A DNA stretch of 32,000 bases from Nanopusillaceae archaeon (GTDB lineage Archaea > Nanobdellota > Nanobdellia > Nanobdellales > Nanobdellaceae): positions 25,719 to 57,718 of the forward strand of contig JBMFJD010000007.1 of NCBI GenBank assembly GCA_049974095.1, in the 5' to 3' direction. The translations under genes and the position numbers were made by a program. Positions 7,424 through 16,291 of the stretch are shown piece after piece (position 1 is the first letter of the stretch; every line of letters starts with the position of its first letter). The notes beneath the pieces were generated by a model. That model saw nothing but the letters and a program-made list of their open reading frames with translations. It was not told the origin of the DNA and did no database searches.

Positions 7424-8620
7424 TTAAATCTTATACTCAATCTCCTCAGGTCTCCAATATGGATTTATTCCATCAATTATATTTATACCTTTTTTATACC
7501 ATACAATTCCTGTCCATGCAATCATTGCACCATTATCATTTCCTAAATCTAATGGAACAGTTCCAAATTTTACATTTCTTTCTTCACACATATTTTTCAA
7601 TATTTCTTGTAATCTTTTATTTACAGCAACTCCTCCAGTTAATCCAAACTCCTTTTTATTTAATAATGCCAAAGCTCTTTCAGATACTTCTGCCAACATC
7701 GAAAAAACATATTCTTGTATAGAATATGATAGATCCTCAATAGAAAAATTTTCCTTTTTAATTAAATTTTTAATATATGTATAAATTCCCCCTAATTGAA
7801 TATCCATTCCCTTTACTCCATATGGTAACTTAATTAATTTATTTCCTTTTTTTGCATATTCTTCAATTTTTGGACCTGCAGGAAAACCAATATTTAATAA
7901 TCTTCCAACTTTATCTAAAAAATTTCCAACACCAATATCTAATGTTTCACCAATTATTCTATATTTATTTCCTTCAAATGATAATAACATAGTATTTGCT
8001 CCAGAAACTAATAAAACTAATGGGTCTTCAAATTTATTATATAATTTAACAATCTCAACATGTGCAATTAAATGATTTACTCCAATTTTTTCAGCATTAA
8101 ATTTTCTTGAAAATAAATTTGCAGAAAAATATGCTTGTATTAATGTCGGGTATAAACCTGGTCCTGCAGAATAAGATATTAAATTTATTTTATTTTCAAA
8201 TTCATTTAAATTATTTATATAATTATTTAATTCTTCTTCTAAATTTTTATCGTCGCTTTTTATCTTATTATTTTCAATCCATATTCTTTTATTATCATAT
8301 AATAAATATCTATTTCTATTCCAAGGTTGATCATTAAATTTTTCTTCTACATTTTCTAATTTATTTTTTATTTCATTTAATGCATCAGTAATATAATATT
8401 TATAATTTATTTTCTTAAAGATAAAACCTGCTTTCCAAACAGAATTTTTTAGTATATTTATTGCCTCCCTAGAATGTAATTCTGCAGCTTCTCTTGGATG
8501 TATTCCTCCTTTCTCACTTTTATATATTATTCTTTCATTAGAATATATTGTACCATTTTCATCAACAATTCCTATAGAATATGTATGAGCAGTAGATTCT
8601 ATTCCTAAAGAAATTATCAT
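7424..8620 (-). CDS. kae1: tRNA N6-adenosine threonylcarbamoyltransferase Kae1 (OSGEP family), with a ~75-aa insertion
   Basis: LGIESTAHTYSIGIV, GGIHPREAAELH, SAGPGL, the metal-binding site VNHLIAHVE, GETLDIGVGNFLDK, GGVAVNKRL and GNDNGAMIAW all align with M. jannaschii Kae1. The gene is not fused to Bud32. Confidence 0.9.
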   Translation of the reverse strand: MIISLGIESTAHTYSIGIVDENGTIYSNERIIYKSEKGGIHPREAAELHSREAINILKNSVWKAGFIFKKINYKYYITDALNEIKNKLENVEEKFNDQPWNRNRYLLYDNKRIWIENNKIKSDDKNLEEELNNYINNLNEFENKINLISYSAGPGLYPTLIQAYFSANLFSRKFNAEKIGVNHLIAHVEIVKLYNKFEDPLVLLVSGANTMLLSFEGNKYRIIGETLDIGVGNFLDKVGRLLNIGFPAGPKIEEYAKKGNKLIKLPYGVKGMDIQLGGIYTYIKNLIKKENFSIEDLSYSIQEYVFSMLAEVSERALALLNKKEFGLTGGVAVNKRLQEILKNMCEERNVKFGTVPLDLGNDNGAMIAWTGIVWYKKGINIIDGINPYWRPEEIEYKI

Positions 8621-9021
8621 TTATTTTGTTGCTGCTGTTGTTTTGTAGATTTAAATTCTTCATATATTTGATTAAAATCCTTATTTCCATACTCCTGTAT
8701 TACTGTATTTATTTGTACAATCTCTGGAGAAATTGTATTTCCTCTAACTAATCTCTTAACCCTAACTTTTTTATTTAGATCCCACCAAACATATTTTTTA
8801 TTCATTCCCTCAACATATTCAACCATTGGAGCGCCTTCAAATCCAGATCCTCCAGTTATTTTTAATTTATATCCTTCTAAATTAATTATAGCTCCATCAA
8901 TAATATCTCCTATCTTTTTTCCAATTAAAGATTCTTCTTTTGTTTCTACTTGTATAGATTTTCCAGTCTTTGGATCTGATACTATAACCTTAAATATTAT
9001 TTCCTTTCTCTTAGTAGCCAT
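8617..9021 (-). CDS. rps6e: ribosomal protein eS6
   Basis: KIGDIIDGAIINLEGYKLKITGGSGFEGAPM is the S6e core (kItGGsD.dGfPM). A short poly-Gln tail is present. There is a 4-nt overlap with kae1. Confidence 0.85.
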   Translation of the reverse strand: MATKRKEIIFKVIVSDPKTGKSIQVETKEESLIGKKIGDIIDGAIINLEGYKLKITGGSGFEGAPMVEYVEGMNKKYVWWDLNKKVRVKRLVRGNTISPEIVQINTVIQEYGNKDFNQIYEEFKSTKQQQQQNK

Positions 9022-9093
9022 TTTATTTTTATTGCAAAAATATTTTTAATTTTTATCAAAAGATTTTTATATGCCAATATTTTAAAATAAATA

Positions 9094-9570
9094 ATGAAAG
9101 AGTTTCTACATTTGGATCAACATAATGAGTTTCCCAAAAAATTCTATGGAATAATAACAAACACCCCAGGAAAAAATTCTTTAAATATAATAGATTTTGA
9201 AGATAATATAAAGAGTTTTATTAACTATAAAATAGATTTTCCATTTTATTTTGGTTTTGTTCCTCAAACATTGTATGGATATTATCCATTATCTTTTATT
9301 TTCTTTTCTAATAAAAAATTTGATCTACATACAAAGATAGAATTAGAACCGGTATTATTTTTAAAAGTGCCAACAGAGGATGTATTAAATATTGTATTTT
9401 CTAAGTTACCTAATAATGAAATAGAAATAAATAAAGAAAATATAGAGAGCATATTAAAGGAATTTTTTGAAATAGAAGAAATTATAAAATTAGCAAAAGC
9501 TGAAAGTGTATTAGAAAATGCAAATGACGAATATCATAAAAAATTTATAAAAGTTTATAAAAAATCATAA
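9094..9570 (+). CDS. inorganic pyrophosphatase-like protein with degenerate active site
   Basis: DFPFYFGFVPQTLYGYYPLSFIFFSNKKF...LEPVLFLKV aligns with family I PPase ([25 protein letters not shown]...IGILYMKD). However the DGDPLD aspartates and other acidic or basic catalytic residues are replaced. Confidence 0.5.
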   Translation: MKEFLHLDQHNEFPKKFYGIITNTPGKNSLNIIDFEDNIKSFINYKIDFPFYFGFVPQTLYGYYPLSFIFFSNKKFDLHTKIELEPVLFLKVPTEDVLNIVFSKLPNNEIEINKENIESILKEFFEIEEIIKLAKAESVLENANDEYHKKFIKVYKKS

Positions 9571-11340
9571 ACCCCAAGCTGGATTATTTTTTCTCATTAT
9601 ATTTGCTATTTCTTTTAATATCTCTTTTTGTTCATTTGTTAATATATCTTTATAATTTTTAAATGCCCTATAATCATTTTCCGTAATAAATGTATATAAA
9701 ATATCCCCCTCAAATACATTTCTCCCGACAATAGCATCATCTATTGATATAGCAACTTTATCTCCTTTTACTGCTTCTTCAATATTCTTTTTTTCATATT
9801 GTATTGCTAATATTCTTCCTATTATTTTCCCTTCTTCATTTATTAAATATGCATCTTTCCTTATTTTTCCCCCTAATACTTCAATACCAACAATTGCAGG
9901 ATTTGACCTTCTAAATATATTTCCCTGTAATATTTGTATTTTTCCTAATGGAGGTAAAGATTCTAATATTTTTTCTTTATTATACAATGCCTCTTTAACA
10001 TAATTATCTATTTGTTCAACTAAATTATATACTATATCAGATATAATTATTTTTACATTTGAAGATTTTGCATAATTTTCAATATTTTTATCAATCTTTA
10101 CATTAAATCCTATAATAACTGAATACGCAATATTTTTCTCTCTCATAGATAATGCAATATCTATATCTTCTTTATCTATATCTCCAATATCTGCTTTCTT
10201 TATTGGAACATTCCTTTCTCTTAACATCTTTACTAATACTTCTAGAGACCCTAATGTATCTGCTTTTACAACAATCCCCTCTTTATCACTTTTAAATATT
10301 ATTTCACTTACATCAGATTTTAATTTATTCTCTATATCTTTTAATTCATCTTCATTTTCATATACATATATTGTAGAACCTGGCAAAGCATCTTCCAATC
10401 CTTCTCCTAATATTCTAATTCCAGATGCTGCATATGCTTCTTCTACTTCAACAAATTTTGTTTTTGCAAATCTAATATCTGTTAAAGGGGCGGGCCTGAA
10501 AATACCCCTAACTTTTGTTGTTTTTATACCATTTTTTGATAAAAATGCAGTTTTATCTCCTTTTCTTATTTTTCCATCATACAATATTACATCTATAACA
10601 TTTCCAATACCTTTTTCTTCTTTTCTTTCCAATATAACACCTATTCCTTTTCCTTCAACATTTATTTTTAATTTTTCTTCTAAATATCTTTGTACTAATC
10701 CTGCAATAATTAATAATAGATCAGGAATTCCTTCTCCTGTTCTTGCAGATAAAGGAATAATTGCAACCTGTTTTCTAAAATCTTTTACTCTATCATATCT
10801 TTCAGAATCAAATCCCAATTCATATAATTTTGAAACAATATTATATATATATTCATCCAATTTGTTTAATACTTTTTGATCCTGATACTTTATTACTTCT
10901 AAAAAAGGCTTATTTTCATAAGATTTCCATCCATCTATTTTATCTATTTTATTTAATGCAATTAAAAAAGGCACTTTAAATTGTTTACATATTTCTATTG
11001 CTTCATATGTTTGTTTTTGAAATCCTTCTAATATATCTACTACAATTACTGCAAAATCTGATACAGATCCTCCTCTTTTCCTTAAATTACTAAATACTTC
11101 ATGACCTGGTGTATCAATAAATAATAAAGAAGGAATTTTTAACTCAAATTTAAATATATTAAATAAAGGCTCTGCTAATTCCTTTATAACATTTATAGGT
11201 ACTTCCGTTGCACCAATATGTTGAGTCATTTGACCAGCTTCTTTACTAGCAAAAGATGTATTTCTAATTCTATCTAATAATGATGTTTTTCCAGCGCCAA
11301 CATGACCAAGTACAACAATTATTGGAGACCTTATTGCCAT
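9565..11340 (-). CDS. infB: translation initiation factor aIF5B (IF-2 family GTPase)
   Basis: MAIRSPIIVVLGHVGAGKTSLLDRIR (G1), DTPGHE (G3), NKID (G4), and domain order typical of aIF5B. I place the start at Met21 of the track ORF (ATG 11340..11338). The upstream 20 codons are hydrophobic filler and would overlap the divergent gene. Confidence 0.9.
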   Translation of the reverse strand: MAIRSPIIVVLGHVGAGKTSLLDRIRNTSFASKEAGQMTQHIGATEVPINVIKELAEPLFNIFKFELKIPSLLFIDTPGHEVFSNLRKRGGSVSDFAVIVVDILEGFQKQTYEAIEICKQFKVPFLIALNKIDKIDGWKSYENKPFLEVIKYQDQKVLNKLDEYIYNIVSKLYELGFDSERYDRVKDFRKQVAIIPLSARTGEGIPDLLLIIAGLVQRYLEEKLKINVEGKGIGVILERKEEKGIGNVIDVILYDGKIRKGDKTAFLSKNGIKTTKVRGIFRPAPLTDIRFAKTKFVEVEEAYAASGIRILGEGLEDALPGSTIYVYENEDELKDIENKLKSDVSEIIFKSDKEGIVVKADTLGSLEVLVKMLRERNVPIKKADIGDIDKEDIDIALSMREKNIAYSVIIGFNVKIDKNIENYAKSSNVKIIISDIVYNLVEQIDNYVKEALYNKEKILESLPPLGKIQILQGNIFRRSNPAIVGIEVLGGKIRKDAYLINEEGKIIGRILAIQYEKKNIEEAVKGDKVAISIDDAIVGRNVFEGDILYTFITENDYRAFKNYKDILTNEQKEILKEIANIMRKNNPAWGL

Positions 11341-11376
11341 TGATATATTTATTAGAAAATAAATTAATAAGAAAAT

Positions 11377-11679
11377 ATGGAAATATCTCATCCTGAACAT
11401 AGAGAATTAAACAATGAAAAAGATGTATATTTAAAAATTTCAGATATTTTATATTTTTATAAGATTGGAAAAGAAGATAAAGATAAAGCAACTAAGCAAT
11501 TAAATTTTTTGAAATTAATTGTGAAGAAAAATTTTAATAAAGAGGAATTATTAAATTTAGTAGAAGATATAAAAAATTTATTAGAAAAATATGATAAAAA
11601 TGCATATGATGAGTATATGAAGAAATATAATATTGAAGAAACAATTAAAAAAGACAGTATAATAAAATTTATTAAATAA
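11377..11679 (+). CDS. hypothetical small helical protein
   Basis: 100-aa Lys/Glu-rich ORF, divergent from infB. Its stop abuts the stop of the convergent ABC permease gene. No family recognised. Confidence 0.35.
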   Translation: MEISHPEHRELNNEKDVYLKISDILYFYKIGKEDKDKATKQLNFLKLIVKKNFNKEELLNLVEDIKNLLEKYDKNAYDEYMKKYNIEETIKKDSIIKFIK

Positions 11680-12426
11680 TTATTGATATTTTCTATTTAT
11701 TTCAATAGCCCCTAAAGATAAAAATAATATATCGAACAAAATTAATACAATTATATCTAAATAAATAGGTAAATAAGAAAAACCAATTGCTACATATCTT
11801 AATAGATCTATTCCATATGTTAATGGATCAATCAATGTAATATAATATAATATCTTTGGAATATTATTCAATGGATAAAATGCTCCAGATAAAAACATCA
11901 GTGGAAAAATTAAAAAAGAAGATATTGCTCCGAATCCTTCAAATGTATCAATTATTATTCCGATCAATAATCCTAAAGAAGATACTCCTAAAGAAATCAA
12001 AAATAATATAATTATTGAGAGAAGAAAAGATAATGGGGATAAATAAAATTTTATTAAAAATGAAAAAATTAAAATTATAATTCCTTGTATTGTTCCAATT
12101 GTTGCTCCTCCAAGTGATTTTCCTAAAAATACTGAAAATCTTGAAGAAGGAGATACCTGAAATAGTTTAAATACACCAAATTCTTTATCCCATATTAATG
12201 ATATTCCAGACATAATACTTAATCCTATAACAGATATTCCAACAATACCTGGAAATAAGAAATATAAATAATTTAGATTTCCTATTTTAATAAAACTAAA
12301 TCCTAAACCCATAACAAAAAACAATAATAAAGGTTGGAATAAAGAAGATATCAATCTTAATTTATCTCTTAAATATTTTATTATATCTCTCCTCCACATC
12401 CAGTATATTTGATCTAAATTTATCAT
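11680..12426 (-). CDS. ABC-2 type transporter permease
   Basis: About 6 predicted hydrophobic helices, the size and layout of ABC-2 permeases, and a 4-nt overlap with the upstream ATPase gene. Confidence 0.75.
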   Translation of the reverse strand: MINLDQIYWMWRRDIIKYLRDKLRLISSLFQPLLLFFVMGLGFSFIKIGNLNYLYFLFPGIVGISVIGLSIMSGISLIWDKEFGVFKLFQVSPSSRFSVFLGKSLGGATIGTIQGIIILIFSFLIKFYLSPLSFLLSIIILFLISLGVSSLGLLIGIIIDTFEGFGAISSFLIFPLMFLSGAFYPLNNIPKILYYITLIDPLTYGIDLLRYVAIGFSYLPIYLDIIVLILFDILFLSLGAIEINRKYQ

Positions 12427-13349
12427 TTTAATTCTTTACCAGTATAGTATAGAAATACTTCGCCTAAAGTTGGCTTTCTAATACTTACACTTTCTATTTT
12501 GATATTTTTATTCTTTACATAATCAAATAATTCTCCTAAAAATTTTTCAGAATCTTTCACAGTTAATACATATCCTTCTTCTACTTTCTTTACATTTTTT
12601 AGATAATCAGACTTTATATCTATATTATCTTTTGTCTTTACTACAATAATATCACCTTCTAAATTCTTCTTTAATTCCTCAGGTTCTCCTATTATTTTTA
12701 TCTCTCCTTTATCAATTATTGCAACTCTATCACATAACTCCTCCGCCTCTTCCATATAATGAGTAGCAATAAAAACAGTAACATTATATTCTTTTACCAA
12801 TTTTTTAATATAATTCCATAACATATATCTAATATCAGGATCTAATCCAACCGTCGGTTCATCTAAAAACAAAACTTTTGGATCTGATAACAATGCTCTT
12901 GCAATTTCTACTTTTCTTCTCATTCCCCCAGATAGATATTTTACCAATTTATTTTCTACTTCTTTTAATTCAAAAAATTCTAGCATTTCATTTATCTTTT
13001 CTTCTCTTTTATTTTTAGGAATATTATATAAAGAAGCGCCAATATATAAATTTTCCTTAACTGTTAATCTATTATCCAAAGACTGATCTTGAAAAACAAT
13101 TCCAATAGATTCCCTTACTTTTTGTTGTTCTTTTATAATATCATATCCATTTACCTTTGCACTACCAGATGTAGGTTTTATAATTGTAGATAATATTGAA
13201 ATTAATGTAGTTTTTCCAGCCCCATTTGGACCTAGTATTCCAAATATTTCTCCTCTTTTTACATTAAAAGAGATTCCTTTCAAAGCAACAATATCTTTAT
13301 ACTTTTTAACAATATTATTTACTTCTATAGCATAATCCATAAGATTCAA
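12423..13349 (-). CDS. ABC transporter ATP-binding protein (ABC-2/DrrA-like)
   Basis: Walker [11 protein letters not shown]-loop, signature [15 protein letters not shown], Walker [13 protein letters not shown]-loop ATHYMEE. Confidence 0.9.
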   Translation of the reverse strand: MNLMDYAIEVNNIVKKYKDIVALKGISFNVKRGEIFGILGPNGAGKTTLISILSTIIKPTSGSAKVNGYDIIKEQQKVRESIGIVFQDQSLDNRLTVKENLYIGASLYNIPKNKREEKINEMLEFFELKEVENKLVKYLSGGMRRKVEIARALLSDPKVLFLDEPTVGLDPDIRYMLWNYIKKLVKEYNVTVFIATHYMEEAEELCDRVAIIDKGEIKIIGEPEELKKNLEGDIIVVKTKDNIDIKSDYLKNVKKVEEGYVLTVKDSEKFLGELFDYVKNKNIKIESVSIRKPTLGEVFLYYTGKELK

Positions 13350-13375
13350 TATTTAAAATATCTTTATAAAGAACC

Positions 13376-13449
13376 CGGGCCCGGGGGGATTCGAACCCCC
13401 GACCTTCGGGTTAAAAGCCCGACGCTCTACCATACTGAGCTACGGGCCC
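13376..13449 (-). tRNA. tRNA-Lys (anticodon UUU), 74 nt, no intron, CCA not encoded
   Basis: Reverse complement: GGGCCCG TA GCTC AGTATGGTA GAGC G TCGGG CTTTTAA CCCGA AGGTC GGGGG TTCGAAT CCCCC CGGGCCC G. Confidence 0.9.
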
Positions 13450-13486
13450 AATATTTCAATAATTTTAGAATAACTTATTATAAATT

Positions 13487-14281
13487 TTATGGCCACATCC
13501 ACCTTCTATATAAACCTTGTTTTAATATATATTCTTCTGCTTTAGCATATGTTTCTGGTGTTCCTATATCAAACCAAAATCCTTCATTGTAAACATAAGT
13601 AAGTATTGTTTCTTTCTTTTCTTTTATCATCCATTCAAATAATTTTCCTATAGAATCTTTACTATTTGGGCTTTTCATATATTCCTCTAATAATTTTATC
13701 TTTTCCTTAGGAGCAAGATATATACCTGTAGATATAATTGTACTCTTTGGTTTTTCAGGTTTTTCTTCAAAATCTTTTATTATATTGTTTTCCAAATTTA
13801 GTACACCAAATCTTCTAGCTTCTTCTATATCTTTTATATCATAAGATGCAATAACAGTCTTTCTTTCTCTTTTTCCTAAAGAAACAACTTTTAATAGATT
13901 AAAATTAAATATATTATCTCCTAAAACAATTAAAATATCACTATTAATGTTATATTCTTGTATTGTATAATTTAATCCTCCAATTGCTCCTAATTTTGTT
14001 TCTTCTGATGTAGAGGGTTCTATAGATAAATGTATTTTACTTATATAATCTTCAGGATAAAATGACCTTAATGAATATAACCAATATCTAAAATCATTTT
14101 CAAATCTTTTATTAATAGAAATTATTATTGAAGATACATTTAATTCCATTATTTTTTCTATATTATAATTTATTACTGGTACTCCACCAACTGGGAACAA
14201 TGGCTTTGGTATGTAATCTGATAATGGCCTAAATCTTCTAGCAAACCCACCTGCCAATATTATTGCTATTAACTCGTCCAT
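13487..14281 (-). CDS. sugar-1-phosphate nucleotidylyltransferase (NTP_transferase family)
   Basis: N-terminal signature [28 protein letters not shown] (LAGGxGxRLxPLT..xPKPL type), plus LGDNIF and GVLNLE blocks. Confidence 0.8.
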   Translation of the reverse strand: MDELIAIILAGGFARRFRPLSDYIPKPLFPVGGVPVINYNIEKIMELNVSSIIISINKRFENDFRYWLYSLRSFYPEDYISKIHLSIEPSTSEETKLGAIGGLNYTIQEYNINSDILIVLGDNIFNFNLLKVVSLGKRERKTVIASYDIKDIEEARRFGVLNLENNIIKDFEEKPEKPKSTIISTGIYLAPKEKIKLLEEYMKSPNSKDSIGKLFEWMIKEKKETILTYVYNEGFWFDIGTPETYAKAEEYILKQGLYRRWMWP

Positions 14282-14310
14282 AAAAATTTATAGGAAAAAA
14301 TATTTTTAAT

Positions 14311-15000
14311 TTATGTATATAAATCTATGTAATCTATAGAATCATTTATATATTGAAAATAATATAATGAAGCAGTAGGTGCTGTTGTTAAAGTAACAAT
14401 TCTAGGAGATGCTATTAACTTATTTCCATTATATAATTTTAATAAAGATAAATAATTTGTTACAAATAAAATATTATCATTTGTTGTTATATTTATCGAT
14501 CCATTTCCATAAATATATGAATTACAGTATTTTAAACTTCTATATTGCAAACCATATATTGAGATACTATAATAAGATGTACAAGATATATATGAATTAC
14601 TATAATTTTTGGATAAATTAGCATTATTGCTAAATACAAAAAAAGAAATATATGAAGATAAATTAACCGGAGCATTTTGTATAATATTTATTTCTCCATT
14701 ATATATATTATAATAGATTTCTATACAATCATTGCAATAATATGGTTGGGATTGTACAAAAACTACAGAAGGTGTTAAAGAATATGAAAAAGGAACATTA
14801 ATATAATTATAAACTATTGTATTATTAGGATATTTCGAAAAATAAAAAGATGCTAAATATAATTTTTGATAAGATAATAGCTCACTTATACCGATAGAGT
14901 AATAATTTATTCCTTTTATTAAACCATTAAATAAATATATAAAAACATAAATAAATATAGATAACGTTATTAATACTTCAATCCAGCTTTGACCCTTCAT
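14311..15000 (-). CDS. putative Epd/DUF361-like type IV pilin (class III signal peptide), glycoprotein-like
   Basis: The N-terminus MKG|QSWIEVLITLSIFIYVF has Gln at +1 and Glu at +5 after a Lys-Gly, followed by a hydrophobic helix, as in Methanococcus Epd pilins. The body is Asn/Ser/Tyr-rich with about 7 sequons. There is a 4-nt overlap with the upstream platform gene. Confidence 0.5.
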   Translation of the reverse strand: MKGQSWIEVLITLSIFIYVFIYLFNGLIKGINYYSIGISELLSYQKLYLASFYFSKYPNNTIVYNYINVPFSYSLTPSVVFVQSQPYYCNDCIEIYYNIYNGEINIIQNAPVNLSSYISFFVFSNNANLSKNYSNSYISCTSYYSISIYGLQYRSLKYCNSYIYGNGSINITTNDNILFVTNYLSLLKLYNGNKLIASPRIVTLTTAPTASLYYFQYINDSIDYIDLYT

Positions 15001-16256
15001 ATTGTTACATTTATTTGTTGCTTTTGTGTATATATTCTTCCTTCATACTTCATTACTGCACTAATAATATATTCCCCTGTATTGTTAAATGTTATTGACA
15101 TAGAATAATAACCATTTTGTAAATTTTCAAAGAATTGTTTATAATAATTATTTCCCACAATCATAATAGTAATTGGAATATTACTTAACGGTTGAGCATC
15201 TACAGATGCATAAATTTGAATATTTACTGGAGAATATACATATGCTGTCTGTGGATACACATTTAAAGTAAAATTAACAGAAACTGGTAAAATAAAAATA
15301 ATTATTGATAATAAACCAATAAAAGAATTTGCTGCTAAATGCTTTACAGAGGATCTTATTTTACTTGATTCTGCAATTCCCATTATTATTGCTGTAGAGA
15401 CGCCAACAAATAAAATTGAGATTGATGTTATAAACTTTAACCATCCATAATTAATAGAATATGAAAAGAAATTAAATGAAGAATGTAAAGATGCTGCCAT
15501 TAATTGACTATTTATTAATGGTTGCAAAGTATCTAATATTGCAATAGATAGACCAATGAATATTATATATATAGTATATAATACCATTATTTGTTGAGAA
15601 ACATATGATCTCTTTAATTTTTCCAGTTCTCTAGTACCTTCTAAATCCTCATATAATCTTTTTAGTACTTTAGAAATATCTCCTCCACCAATATATGTTT
15701 CTAAAATTACATAATTAATCATTTTTATACTAAGTAAATCTTCAAAATATTTATTAAATAATGAGAAAGATTTTTCAAATGGCATTCCCCACTTTATCCA
15801 GCTATATAATTTCCTTATAAAAATATTTAGATATCCGAGATCTGTTGAACTAACATAATTCAATGCATCTAAGAGCGTCATTCCGGATGCTAAACTTTCA
15901 GATAAATATGATAAAAAGTATGGATAATTATCTAAAATACTTTCATTTATTTTGTCCTCAATATATTTATAAAACAAATATGGTAATCCTCCAATCATAT
16001 AAACTGCTAATATTAAAATCGATAATGAAATATAGTTTAAATAAAGTTTAAATATAATTCCAAATATTCCAATTATAGATGATAAAATTATAGAAAGAAT
16101 TAAAACTAATTTTTCCTCTTTAATATATTTTCCAAATAAATATACTTGCTTATAATGTAAAGGATCTGATACATTAGATAATTGGGTTATAATTTTTGTT
16201 AAAAATATATTTTTTTGTATATTTTCTTTGTTTGTCTCGTATATATTAGCAGGCAT
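14997..16256 (-). CDS. type IV pilus/archaellum platform protein, single T2SSF domain (FlaJ/TadC-like) with extra C-terminal extracytoplasmic domain
   Basis: T2SSF-like block DNYPYFLSYLSESLASGMTLLDALNYV...GGGDISKVLKRLYEDLEGTRELEKLKRSY flanked by TM helices. The last ~88 aa after the final TM have an alternating beta-strand pattern. Confidence 0.7.
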   Translation of the reverse strand: MPANIYETNKENIQKNIFLTKIITQLSNVSDPLHYKQVYLFGKYIKEEKLVLILSIILSSIIGIFGIIFKLYLNYISLSILILAVYMIGGLPYLFYKYIEDKINESILDNYPYFLSYLSESLASGMTLLDALNYVSSTDLGYLNIFIRKLYSWIKWGMPFEKSFSLFNKYFEDLLSIKMINYVILETYIGGGDISKVLKRLYEDLEGTRELEKLKRSYVSQQIMVLYTIYIIFIGLSIAILDTLQPLINSQLMAASLHSSFNFFSYSINYGWLKFITSISILFVGVSTAIIMGIAESSKIRSSVKHLAANSFIGLLSIIIFILPVSVNFTLNVYPQTAYVYSPVNIQIYASVDAQPLSNIPITIMIVGNNYYKQFFENLQNGYYSMSITFNNTGEYIISAVMKYEGRIYTQKQQINVTI

Positions 16257-16291
16257 TATACTTTTATTTTATAATCTCAATATTTAAATAT
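16257..16291. promoter_or_regulatory. 35-bp bidirectional promoter region between the two platform genes
   Basis: The spacer is tatacttttattttataatctcaatatttaaatat. A TATA-like ttttattttataa lies about 24 nt upstream of the + ATG (16292). A TATA-like tatttaaata (minus sense) lies about 28 nt upstream of the - ATG (16256). This spacing fits leaderless transcripts. Confidence 0.4.

Noticed and set aside
8198-8425. Kae1 insertion considered as a mini-intein
   Set aside because: At about 75 aa it is too short. It has no Cys/Ser/Thr at the N-terminal junction, no His-Asn plus nucleophile at the C-terminal junction, and no intein blocks. It is treated as a lineage-specific insert instead.
8620-8646. 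CAA/CAG simple repeat giving a poly-Gln tail on eS6
   Set aside because: It is a short homopolymeric codon run at a protein terminus. This is plausibly slippage-derived low complexity with no independent structure.
11341-11400. 20-codon N-terminal extension of aIF5B (MFRMRYFHIFLLIYFLINIS)
   Set aside because: The conserved aIF5B N-terminus begins at MAIRSPIIV. The extension is hydrophobic filler and would overlap the divergent ORF starting at 11377. The internal ATG at 11340 gives a canonical protein length.
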